Assembly (NCBI GenBank): GCA_964419225.1
Contig: CAYQPF010000003.1
Location: 37,523 to 101,522, forward strand
Direction: 5' to 3'
DNA: 64,000 nt
Source: an uncultured Candidatus Cloacimonadota bacterium
GTDB lineage: Bacteria; Cloacimonadota; Cloacimonadia; Cloacimonadales; CAYQPF01
The notes below the pieces were generated by a model that saw only the letters and a program-made list of their open reading frames with translations, was not told where the DNA came from and did not search any database. Below, piece after piece: positions 1 to 8,872 of the stretch. A program made the translations under genes and the position numbers. Position 1 is the stretch's first letter. Each line of letters begins with the position of its first letter.

Positions 1-1782
1 AGAGCCTTAATCTATGAAATCTCCTTTAAGGACAATGCTGTCAGTGGTTTGTGTGAGTGGGTCAAGCCTGAGCTTTCAGATATTGCCCCAACTAAAGCCA
101 GATATCCCCTCGATATGTTTAGAAGTCCCTTTTCGGTTATCAGACAAACAAATAAATATCTGGAGAGTCATTTTGACAATATTAAAGAACCTTTTCTTGC
201 CGACGGATCAGGGGAAACTCTGCACGGGTATTTTAAGATCAAGAGTTTACTCTGGTATCCTTTTGCTTTTACTGAAAATGGTTTCTATATTTTTGCTCTC
301 AATCATTTAACCGGAGACAGGCAGTGGCTACAGGACGAAATTATTTTTATGGAAGCAGTCTCTAAATATGTAAGCATTGCCCTGTTAAAAATCTGTATGC
401 TTGATGAACGGAAACTTTCCGAGGAAGCTTTAAGAGAGAGTGAAGAGAAATACAGACTGTTGCATGAGCATGCTGGTATTGGCATAGGCTATTATAAACC
501 TGATGGTACTGTTATTTCGTATAACCGTTTGGCTGCGGCCCATATGAATGGAGTACCTGAAGATTTTGCCGGCAGATCAATATATGATATTTTTCCCCAC
601 CAGGAAGCTGAGTTTTATCATGACCGCATTAAAAGAGCTGTTGAATCTGAGGTACCTGTCGTTTATGAGGATCTGGTACAATTACCCTTGGAAAATAAGT
701 ATTTTTTGAGTACTTTTACTAAGATAACTGACGCCGGTAATAATGTCTTGGGAATTCAAATAATATCTCAGGATGTTAGTATTCTCAAGAATACTGAAGC
801 ATCCTTGCGAGAGAGTGAAAAAAGATTTCAAGTATTGGAAAATGCCTCTTGGGAAGGAATACTAATCCATAAGGATGGGGTAATTGTGGACGCTAATGAA
901 TCTGCCGCAAGAATTCTAGGTTGCTCTATAAATGTAATAATTGGCAAAAATATGACTGACTTTGTTACACCGAAATCTTTGGATAATATCAGGAATAACC
1001 TCCAAAATAGTGATGAAAATGATGAAGTCTTTTTTGAAGGTGAGGGTCTAAGAATTGATAAAACTGTTTTTTCTGTAGAAGCTTTAGCCAGATCAATCAT
1101 TTATAATAACACAAATATGAGGGTTGTCGTATTCAGGGATATTACCGACCGTATGCAGGCTGAAAAAACCAAATCCCTTCTCGAAATCAACAAAGTTATT
1201 CTCCGCGAAGTCCACCATCGGGTCAAAAACAATATGAATACGATAGTGGCTCTTCTTTCTCTCCAAGCTGGTCATCTGACAGAACCCTCTGCCATAGAAG
1301 CCATTAATGACGCTCGCAGCCGGGTACAGAGTATGGGCATACTGTATGATAAGCTATTCAATGCAGCAAATTATAAAGAAATGTCCGTGCAGGAATTTCT
1401 TCCGCAATTAATCGATCAAACTATCAGTCTCTTCCCCAACAGAGGATCAATTACTATTGAGAAAAATATTGCTGACATTATACTTGATAGTACAATTTTA
1501 TCCCCCCTTGGTTTGATTTTGAGCGAGTTACTCACAAATATAATGAAATATGCCTTTACGGGGATAAACGAAGGTTTAGTTTCAGTATCTGTTTTTCAGA
1601 AAGAGCAAAAAGTCTTCTTAGAAGTTCTGGACAACGGGATTGGGATCTCTGATATAGTAGATTTTGAAAACTCAACTGGCTTCGGGTTAACATTAATAGG
1701 TCTTCTGACAAAGCAACTGGATGGAAATATTCGCATCGAACGGGAAAACGGCACTAAGATCATTTTGGAATTCAAGCCCTGA
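1..1782 (+). CDS. GAF/PAS-PAS sensor histidine kinase (HisKA_2/HWE type), 5'-truncated by the window edge
   Basis: Frame is open from base 1 (RALIYEISF..., GAF-like). Two PAS domains (one ending RDITDR), H-box EVHHRVKNN, ATPase motifs ELLTNIMKYAF, DNGIG, GFGL. Confidence 0.9.
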   Translation, partial: RALIYEISFKDNAVSGLCEWVKPELSDIAPTKARYPLDMFRSPFSVIRQTNKYLESHFDNIKEPFLADGSGETLHGYFKIKSLLWYPFAFTENGFYIFALNHLTGDRQWLQDEIIFMEAVSKYVSIALLKICMLDERKLSEEALRESEEKYRLLHEHAGIGIGYYKPDGTVISYNRLAAAHMNGVPEDFAGRSIYDIFPHQEAEFYHDRIKRAVESEVPVVYEDLVQLPLENKYFLSTFTKITDAGNNVLGIQIISQDVSILKNTEASLRESEKRFQVLENASWEGILIHKDGVIVDANESAARILGCSINVIIGKNMTDFVTPKSLDNIRNNLQNSDENDEVFFEGEGLRIDKTVFSVEALARSIIYNNTNMRVVVFRDITDRMQAEKTKSLLEINKVILREVHHRVKNNMNTIVALLSLQAGHLTEPSAIEAINDARSRVQSMGILYDKLFNAANYKEMSVQEFLPQLIDQTISLFPNRGSITIEKNIADIILDSTILSPLGLILSELLTNIMKYAFTGINEGLVSVSVFQKEQKVFLEVLDNGIGISDIVDFENSTGFGLTLIGLLTKQLDGNIRIERENGTKIILEFKP

Positions 1783-1986
1783 GTCCACAAAAAAAGATGT
1801 GACTACAACAATAGACACTACCCAGGTGTTACTAACAACAGATAACATTTCACTATAGAATTTTCTTCTTGCCAGAATAATTCAATTCACACATAATAGC
1901 CTCAGCTCTTTACTAAGGATAGTCTGGTTAAACAGGGAAGTTTTGAGTGGGAAATATTTTCCTACTGCTCTTTCATAATTTTCTTA

Positions 1987-2041
1987 ACTCCCTACATTTC
2001 AAACACTTACCTTAGTTATCATTAATGGCATAAACTATGCA
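1987..2041 (+). promoter_or_regulatory. Putative sigma54 (-24/-12) promoter with upstream IHF-like site
   Basis: TGGCATAAACTATGCA at 2026-2041 (GG-N10-GC). Upstream TAACTC-CCTAC-ATTTCA-AACAC-TTA resembles WATCARNNNNTTR and recurs at 62610. Confidence 0.6.
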
Positions 2042-2115
2042 TATTAGTTTTCTTGAAAAAGAAGAAAGCTCATTAAGAGCTATGCTGAATTTTTTCTTAG
2101 CTATGAGGGGTAGAA

Positions 2116-2307
2116 ATGGATAAGAAAGCAGAATTCGAGCATCTTTACAGGGATGGTATAATTACAAGCCAGACTGGAATAGGCAAGGATGCTAATAGTT
2201 TCAGAGAAAATAAAAATCTGAATACTACTATATCAGCAAAAATATATCCCTTCTTCAACATACAATTCAGCAACTTATCCACTCAAACAGGAATTAATCA
2301 AAAGTAA
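2116..2307 (+). CDS. Small hypothetical protein (63 aa)
   Basis: GAGGGG RBS 5 nt before ATG, just downstream of the putative sigma54 promoter. No recognisable domain. Confidence 0.4.
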   Translation: MDKKAEFEHLYRDGIITSQTGIGKDANSFRENKNLNTTISAKIYPFFNIQFSNLSTQTGINQK

Positions 2308-2367
2308 AATAAACTCATATGTGTTTTAAATGACAGTCTGTAAGTCATGCGGCGAAGCTGTGTTTGA

Positions 2368-2413
2368 TAGTTGTTAGTTATTAGTTGTTAGTTGTTAGTT
2401 GTTAGTTGTTAGT
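2368..2413. repeat. Heptamer tandem array (TAGTTGT)x6
   Basis: tagttgt tagttat tagttgt tagttgt tagttgt tagttgt tagt, preceded by GCGAAGC at 2352-2358. Confidence 0.9.
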
Positions 2414-2519
2414 GAAGAAAGGAAAGAGTACACAGACTTGCACAGACTAACACGGATGAGTGAAATGAATTGAGTTAAACAAAAGTATTTCAATAATTTA
2501 GAAAAGAAAGGAAGCGATT

Positions 2520-3560
2520 ATGAAAAGAGCATTAATTTCCGGGATAACTGGCCAGGATGGTTCATATTTAGCAGAGCAATTACTGGAGAAGGGTTATGAA
2601 GTACATGGGATCATAAGAAGATCATCATCTTTTAACACAAGCCGAATCGATCATCTTTATAAAGACATTCATGAAGAAAATGTGAAATTCTTTTTACATT
2701 ATGGAGATCTGACCGACAGCAGTAATTTGAATAGGTTGTTGGAAAAGATAAATCCGGACGAGATATATAATCTGGGTGCACAGTCACATGTTCAGGTATC
2801 TTTTGAAGTACCGGAATATACAGCAGAAGTAGATGGAGTTGGTGTTTTAAGATTTATTGATGCCATCAAAGAAACCAAAATAAATGCAAGATTTTATCAG
2901 GCTTCAACCTCAGAATTATATGGGCAGGTAATGGAAATACCTCAAACAGAAAACACACCTTTTTATCCTCGCAGTCCTTATGGAGTTGCCAAACTCTATG
3001 CATACTGGATCGTAAAGAATTATAGAGAAGCCTATAATTTGTTTGCAGTGAACGGGATCCTGTTTAATCATGAATCACCCCGCAGAGGGAAAACCTTTGT
3101 CACCAGAAAAATAACCCGGGCAGCAGCACTGATCAAAGAAGGTTTACAGGATAAACTTTATCTGGGTAATCTTGATTCAAAGAGAGACTGGGGATATGCT
3201 CCCGAATACACGGAAGCTATGTGGCTGATGCTGCAGCAGGACACACCGGATGATTATGTTATAGCTACAGGTGAAACCCATACAGTTAAGGAATTTTGTG
3301 AAGTCACCTTTAAAGAACTTGATATCAATCTTGACTGGCAGGGTGAAGGTGTGAATGAAAAAGGTATAGATGACAAAACCGGCAAAGTTGTTATAGAGAT
3401 CGACCCCAAGTATTTCCGACCGACAGAAGTAAGCTTACTGATCGGAGATCCTGCCAAAGCGAAGAGAGAGTTGGGCTGGGCTCCAAAAACGACTTTCCAT
3501 GATCTGGTGAAACTGATGATCCAGGCAGACTGGGAAAAAGTCAAAAGGAAAGGATATTAG
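2520..3560 (+). CDS. gmd: GDP-mannose 4,6-dehydratase
   Basis: [48 protein letters not shown] motifs. Confidence 0.98.
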   Translation: MKRALISGITGQDGSYLAEQLLEKGYEVHGIIRRSSSFNTSRIDHLYKDIHEENVKFFLHYGDLTDSSNLNRLLEKINPDEIYNLGAQSHVQVSFEVPEYTAEVDGVGVLRFIDAIKETKINARFYQASTSELYGQVMEIPQTENTPFYPRSPYGVAKLYAYWIVKNYREAYNLFAVNGILFNHESPRRGKTFVTRKITRAAALIKEGLQDKLYLGNLDSKRDWGYAPEYTEAMWLMLQQDTPDDYVIATGETHTVKEFCEVTFKELDINLDWQGEGVNEKGIDDKTGKVVIEIDPKYFRPTEVSLLIGDPAKAKRELGWAPKTTFHDLVKLMIQADWEKVKRKGY

Positions 3561-3565
3561 GAAAA

Positions 3566-3599
3566 TTTTTGTCCACGAATTTCACAAATTCCACAAATT
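3566..3599. repeat. Left arm of 34-bp inverted repeat (9-mer periodic) flanking the GxxExxY gene
   Basis: tttttgtccacgaatttcacaaattccacaaatt matches the reverse complement of 4021-4054 at 30/34 positions. Confidence 0.9.
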
Positions 3600-3647
3600 T
3601 ATAATAAGAGACTAATTGGGAAAGTCAAAATAAACAAGGAGTGAACT

Positions 3648-4022
3648 GTGGTAGATTTGGTTTTGAAAGAAGAATCCTATAAGATTATTGGTGCCTGTAT
3701 GGAAGTACATAAAAATCTGGGGTGTGGATTTCTTGAGCCAGTTTATCAAGAGATTCTTGCAATGGAGTTTAAATTACAGGACATCCCTTTTGAGCAAGAA
3801 AAGAAAATTAATATTTACTACAAAGGTATGCAAATAAGCAAATACTATATTACTGATTTTATTTGTTATGACAAAGTAGTTGTTGAGTTAAAAGCTGCCA
3901 CAGATATAACAACAGAATTTGAGGCTCAAGTTCTGAATTATTTGAAAGCAACTGGATTAAATTTAGGATTGATCGTAAACTTTGGAAATATGAGTTTACA
4001 GTTTAAAAGAATAGTAAGGTAA
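3648..4022 (+). CDS. GxxExxY family protein (PD-(D/E)XK nuclease-like fold)
   Basis: GFLEPVY motif, DFICYDKVVVELKA, QVLNYLKATG...GLIVNFG. 124 aa, AGGAG RBS, GTG start. Confidence 0.93.
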   Translation: MVDLVLKEESYKIIGACMEVHKNLGCGFLEPVYQEILAMEFKLQDIPFEQEKKINIYYKGMQISKYYITDFICYDKVVVELKAATDITTEFEAQVLNYLKATGLNLGLIVNFGNMSLQFKRIVR

Positions 4023-4054
4023 TTAGTGTAATTAGTGAAATTCGTGGATAAAAA
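4021..4054. repeat. Right arm of 34-bp inverted repeat flanking the GxxExxY gene
   Basis: aattagtgtaattagtgaaattcgtggataaaaa. Overlaps the GxxExxY stop codon and abuts the fcl RBS. Confidence 0.9.
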
Positions 4055-4064
4055 AAGGAATTGT

Positions 4065-5162
4065 ATGGAACGACAGGCGAAGATTTATGTAGCAGGACAT
4101 AGCGGTCTGGTGGGATCAGCGATTGTGCGGAAATTGCAGGAAGAGGGTTATAACAACCTTGTTTTCACACCTCATACTGAGGTGGATCTGATCGATCAAA
4201 AGCAGGTATATGACTTTTTTGAGAGAGAAAGACCTGAATATGTATTCCTGGCAGCTGCAAAAGTAGGCGGAATACTAGCTAATTCTGAATATCCTGCTGA
4301 TTTTATATATCAGAATTTAATGATCGAAGCCAATATTATTCATTGTGCACATATATTTAATGTAAAGAAACTGCTCTTTTTAGGCAGTTCCTGTATTTAT
4401 CCCAAGAATTGTCCTCAGCCAATTAAAGAAGAATACTTACTGACCGGATTATTAGAAGAGACCAATGAAGCTTATGCTCTGGCCAAGATCAGCGGATTAA
4501 AAATGTGCGAATATTACCGTAAGCAATACGGTGATGACTTTATTTCAGCGATGCCCACCAATATGTATGGGTTGAATGATAATTATAATCTGGAAACATC
4601 TCATGTTCTACCGGCTTTGATCCGGAAAATGCACCTGGCAAAATGCCTGGAGATGAATGATTTTGAAGCAATACGTAAAGATTTGAAGAAATATCCATAT
4701 TCAAACAAAGTACTGTACTCAGACTCAATGACTGATCAGGATCTGTTAAAGCTATTAAACAATATTGGAATAGAAAGAATTAATAACACTTCTCTGAATT
4801 CGAGTAATTCTTGGACAGTTACCCTGACTCTTTGGGGAACCGGAGAGCCATATAGGGAATTTCTTTTCTCGGATGATCTGGCAGATGCTTTGTTGTTTAT
4901 GATGAATAATTACTCTGATTTTGTGCATTTAAACGTAGGAACAGGCGAAGATTTAAAGATAAAAGAGATCGCAATCTTAGTCAAAAATCACGTTGGTTTT
5001 CAGGGAATATTGAAATGGGATGCAGGTAAACCTAGTGGAACACCAAGGAAGAAGTTGGATGTGAGTAGGTTACATGCAATCGGATGGAGTGAGAAAGTCA
5101 GTTTGGAAGAGGGAATCAGACAAGTTTATACGAGTTATCAGGTGAATACTGAGTCGTTTTAA
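4065..5162 (+). CDS. fcl: GDP-L-fucose synthase (with internal insertion)
   Basis: GHSGLVGSA, AAAKVGGI, LGSSCIYP, YALAKISG, MPTNMYG, SHVLPALIRK, WGTGEPYREFL. ATG at 4065 follows an AAGGA RBS. Confidence 0.96.
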   Translation: MERQAKIYVAGHSGLVGSAIVRKLQEEGYNNLVFTPHTEVDLIDQKQVYDFFERERPEYVFLAAAKVGGILANSEYPADFIYQNLMIEANIIHCAHIFNVKKLLFLGSSCIYPKNCPQPIKEEYLLTGLLEETNEAYALAKISGLKMCEYYRKQYGDDFISAMPTNMYGLNDNYNLETSHVLPALIRKMHLAKCLEMNDFEAIRKDLKKYPYSNKVLYSDSMTDQDLLKLLNNIGIERINNTSLNSSNSWTVTLTLWGTGEPYREFLFSDDLADALLFMMNNYSDFVHLNVGTGEDLKIKEIAILVKNHVGFQGILKWDAGKPSGTPRKKLDVSRLHAIGWSEKVSLEEGIRQVYTSYQVNTESF

Positions 5163-5187
5163 TTATCAAAAAAGAATGGAGTAAGCA

Positions 5188-6174
5188 GTGAGAAAAATTC
5201 TTGTAACAGGAGCCGATGGCTTTATAGGAAGTCATTTAGTAGAAAAACTATTAGACGATAATTATCAGGTTAGAGCTTTTGTATATTATAATTCATTCAA
5301 TAACTGGGGTTGGCTGGATGCACTACCCAAGGAGAAACTAGATCGTATAGATGTCTTTGTCGGAGATATCAGGGATCCAAATGGGGTTAGAAAAGCGATG
5401 GAAGGAATAGATCTGGTTTTTCATTTAGCAGCACTGATTGCCATACCTTTTAGTTATCATTCTCCTGACAGCTATGTTGACACCAATATAAAAGGTACAT
5501 TAAATGTATTGCAGGCTGCCAGAGATTTAGGCACAGCAAGAGTTTTGGTCACATCTACTTCAGAGGTATATGGTACAGCCAAATATGTTCCCATAGATGA
5601 AGAGCATCCATTTCAGGGGCAATCACCTTACTCAGCAACAAAAATCGGTGCTGACAGAATAGCCGAATCATTTTATAAAAGTTTTGGTCTGCCGGTAACA
5701 ATTGTCCGACCTTTTAATACATATGGACCAAGGCAATCAGCCAGAGCAATAATACCGACCATAATATCTCAGTTATTAACTGGTTATAGTGAGATAAAGC
5801 TGGGATCTTTGCATCCAACCAGAGACTTTGTTTATGTGCAGGACACTGTATCAGGTTTCATATCAATAGCTGAAACAGACAAAACGATAGGAGAGGAAAT
5901 CAATATTGCGACCCAACAAGAAGTGTCAATAGAGCAGTTAGCCAAGGTATTGATAGGAAAAATTAATCCTGAAGCCAGAATTATTTCAGAAGACGAGCGT
6001 AAAAGACCTGAATTAAGTGAAGTTGAGAGATTATTGGGAGCAAATAGTAAGATTATGCGATTAACAGGGTGGATGCCCAAGTATAATTTGGAAGAAGGCT
6101 TAGCAGAGACGATTGCATGGTTTTCAGACAAAAACAATTTGAGATTATATAAACCAGGACTGTATAATGTTTGA
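5188..6174 (+). CDS. legB: NAD-dependent nucleotide-GlcNAc 4,6-dehydratase, legionaminic acid pathway
   Basis: GADGFIGSHL, HLAALIAIPFSYHSPDSYVDTN, QSPYSATKIGAD, PFNTYGPRQSARA. Confidence 0.9.
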   Translation: MRKILVTGADGFIGSHLVEKLLDDNYQVRAFVYYNSFNNWGWLDALPKEKLDRIDVFVGDIRDPNGVRKAMEGIDLVFHLAALIAIPFSYHSPDSYVDTNIKGTLNVLQAARDLGTARVLVTSTSEVYGTAKYVPIDEEHPFQGQSPYSATKIGADRIAESFYKSFGLPVTIVRPFNTYGPRQSARAIIPTIISQLLTGYSEIKLGSLHPTRDFVYVQDTVSGFISIAETDKTIGEEINIATQQEVSIEQLAKVLIGKINPEARIISEDERKRPELSEVERLLGANSKIMRLTGWMPKYNLEEGLAETIAWFSDKNNLRLYKPGLYNV

Positions 6175-7318
6175 AAAAATTTTGAAGCAGATCAGAATTA
6201 ATTTTCAATCTGAAGATTTCATACCTCTTCATGCACCAGTTTTTGTCGGAAATGAAAAGAAATATCTGAGCGAATGTATAGATACTACATTTGTATCTTA
6301 TACAGGTGCTTTTGTCGGCAAGTTCGAAGAAATGGTTAAAACCTATACGGGATCAAAATATGCTGTAGCAATGGTTAATGGAACATCTGCTCTACATTTA
6401 GCATTGCATATATGTGGGGTTGAAAGAGGAAATGAAGTATTAACTCAGGCTTTAACTTTTGTTGCCACGGTAAATGCAATAACTTATACAGGTGCTAAAC
6501 CAGTATTTATAGACAGTGAAAAAACCAGTCTGGGAATGGATCCTGATAAATTGGAGGAATTTTTACATCAAGAAACCACGATGAAAGACGATGGGTTCTG
6601 TTATAATAAAACTACGGGCTCTAGAATAACAGCCTGTGTTCCGGTTCATGTATTCGGTCATGCTTTTATGGTAGATAAGATTAAATCTATTTGTGATAGA
6701 TTTAATCTTATTTTAGTGGAAGATGCTGCTGAATCAATAGGGTCTTATTATAAAAACCAGCATACAGGCACTTTTGGAAAAGCTGCTATTCTCAGTTTTA
6801 ATGGCAACAAAACCATTACTACCGGTGGTGGCGGTATGCTTCTTACTAATGATGCAGATTTAGCTCAAAAAGCTAAGCATTTATCAACTACTGCCAAAAT
6901 TCCTCATGCTTATGAGTTTTATCATGATCAGACTGCTTTTAATTACCGAATGCCTAATGTAAATGCAGCCATAGGATGTGCTCAAATGGAATGTTTAAAT
7001 CACTTTTTACTGAATAAGAGGGAGTTAGCCCATCTTTATGAAGCATTCTTTACTGAGACAAATATTGAGTTCATCAAAGAGCCTGAACAAACAAAATCCA
7101 ATTATTGGTTAAATGCCATAATTTTAAAGGATAGAATTGAGCGGGATGAGTTTTTAAAATATGCCATTGACAATCAAGTTATGTGTAGACCGGTTTGGAC
7201 TTTAATGAACAGATTACCCATGTATGAAAGATGTCAATCAACAGATTTAGAGACAGCATCCTGGCTGGAAGACAGAGTCGTAAATTTGCCAAGCAGTGTT
7301 AGATTATTTTCGAGGTGA
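6167..7318 (+). CDS. legC: LegC-family PLP aminotransferase
   Basis: IPLHAPVFVGNEKKY, LTFVATVNAI, EDAAESIGS, SFNGNKTITTGGGG, NYRMPNVNAA. Confidence 0.92.
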   Translation: MFEKILKQIRINFQSEDFIPLHAPVFVGNEKKYLSECIDTTFVSYTGAFVGKFEEMVKTYTGSKYAVAMVNGTSALHLALHICGVERGNEVLTQALTFVATVNAITYTGAKPVFIDSEKTSLGMDPDKLEEFLHQETTMKDDGFCYNKTTGSRITACVPVHVFGHAFMVDKIKSICDRFNLILVEDAAESIGSYYKNQHTGTFGKAAILSFNGNKTITTGGGGMLLTNDADLAQKAKHLSTTAKIPHAYEFYHDQTAFNYRMPNVNAAIGCAQMECLNHFLLNKRELAHLYEAFFTETNIEFIKEPEQTKSNYWLNAIILKDRIERDEFLKYAIDNQVMCRPVWTLMNRLPMYERCQSTDLETASWLEDRVVNLPSSVRLFSR

Positions 7319-7322
7319 TAAA

Positions 7323-8006
7323 ATGAATATCCGCAGTTTTATATTTGGAGCATCCGGTTTTGCCAAGGAAGTGGAATGGCTGATATACGAAGCAAATAAA
7401 CACAACAAGAACTTGTATCAGCTTGAATCATTTGTTGTATCCGATGCTGATTTATACAATTATGAAAATTATCTATGGCATGATCTGAATGTGATATCTG
7501 AAACAATGTTCATGAACATTTGTGAAACATCTATAGAGCAGATAGCATGCTTTATAGCGATCGGGAGTTCCAAAGTTAGAGAGAAGATAGCCCATAAGAT
7601 AAGCAATTTAGAACGAGTATTTTTCCCGAATCTAATAGCTCCTGATGTTGCCTGGGACAGCAGATCAGACTATGTTAAAATGGGAAAAGGCAATATAATC
7701 TGTTCCGGAACAAGAATAACCACGGATATCGTTTTTGGTGACTTCATTCATGTAAACCTGAACTGTACAGTCGGGCATGAGTCAAAAATTGAGGATTTTG
7801 TCACAATGGCACCTGGGGTTCATATCTCAGGATTAGTAAATTTGGGAAGACATGTCTATATAGGAACCGGTGCAGTAGTGTTACAGCAGATAAATATTAT
7901 TGATCACACTGTTGTAGGGGCTGCTGCAATGATATGTAAAAGCATAAATGAGTCAGGTACATATGTGGGTGTACCGGCAAAAATGATAGTTAAAAGAGGA
8001 GATTGA
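7323..8006 (+). CDS. NeuD/PglD-like hexapeptide-repeat sugar N-acyltransferase
   Basis: IFGASGFAKEV N-domain, left-handed beta-helix with TVGHE, C-terminal YVGVPAK. Follows legC. Confidence 0.85.
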   Translation: MNIRSFIFGASGFAKEVEWLIYEANKHNKNLYQLESFVVSDADLYNYENYLWHDLNVISETMFMNICETSIEQIACFIAIGSSKVREKIAHKISNLERVFFPNLIAPDVAWDSRSDYVKMGKGNIICSGTRITTDIVFGDFIHVNLNCTVGHESKIEDFVTMAPGVHISGLVNLGRHVYIGTGAVVLQQINIIDHTVVGAAAMICKSINESGTYVGVPAKMIVKRGD

Positions 8007-8008
8007 TC

Positions 8009-8836
8009 ATGAATATAGGCATTGCAGGATTAGGCACAATAGGGTTAAAACTTACGGAATACCTTGCTGATAAAGGCTTTAAGATTACCGCTTATGGCAG
8101 AAATATAGATTTGAAAAAGAGAGCTTTTGAGCAAATTTTAGAAGACAAGTTAAAAGCCAATAAGCTTACAGTAGAGGAGGCTTCAACTGTCAAAAACAGA
8201 ATTCTTTTCACAGATAAAATTACAGATTTTGGAATTTGTGATTTAATTATAGAGAGTTTAAAAGAATTGTATGAGTTAAAAATTAGTTTTCTGGAAGATC
8301 TGCATAAGGTGTTTCCAGATAAAATTGTTGCCTCAACGACCTCAAGTTTGGATTTGTACAGATTAGCAGAGCATTATAATCCGAAGCAACTAATCGGGTT
8401 ACACTTTTTCAATCCACCAATGCGCATGAAATTAATAGAGTTGTCCTTTTTATCGGAAACTCCTCAGAAGGCAAAGAATTTAATATATGAGTTTACCGGC
8501 ATGTTAAAAGATAAAATAGTGATAGAATTGCCTTTTATTCAAGGATACATCGCAAACAATCTTTTACTTGCATATATAAATCATTCTGTAGAGTTTTATC
8601 AAGCAAATGATTTGAATAAGGAAGATATTGATAATGCCATGAAACTTGGGACAAATATGCCTATGGGACCTTTGGAATTGGCTGACTATATTGGGAATGA
8701 TATTGTCCTGGAGATCTTAGTGGAATTATACAGTGCAACTCAGGATCTGCGTTTCAAACCCAGCACAATGCTAATTGAAATGGTAGCTAATAAGAAGCTT
8801 GGCAGAAAGAGTAAATCAGGTTTTTATAATTATTGA
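8009..8836 (+). CDS. 3-hydroxyacyl-CoA (3-hydroxybutyryl-CoA) dehydrogenase family protein
   Basis: GLGTIG Rossmann motif, STTSS, GLHFFNPP, PMGPLELADYIG, LGRKSKSGFYNY. AGGAG RBS before ATG 8009. Confidence 0.9.
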   Translation: MNIGIAGLGTIGLKLTEYLADKGFKITAYGRNIDLKKRAFEQILEDKLKANKLTVEEASTVKNRILFTDKITDFGICDLIIESLKELYELKISFLEDLHKVFPDKIVASTTSSLDLYRLAEHYNPKQLIGLHFFNPPMRMKLIELSFLSETPQKAKNLIYEFTGMLKDKIVIELPFIQGYIANNLLLAYINHSVEFYQANDLNKEDIDNAMKLGTNMPMGPLELADYIGNDIVLEILVELYSATQDLRFKPSTMLIEMVANKKLGRKSKSGFYNY

Positions 8837-8872
8837 CAGAATAAATTTAAATATCGGAAATTGGAGAGTAGA

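Noticed and set aside
1880-1975. Possible riboswitch or ncRNA downstream of the kinase
   Set aside because: Only a modest hairpin (agtgggaaa-tat-tttcctact) is visible, with no recognisable family consensus.
3566-4054. Classical IS element or MITE call for the GxxExxY cassette
   Set aside because: No DDE or HUH transposase motifs and no clear target-site duplication; kept as an unexplained cassette instead.
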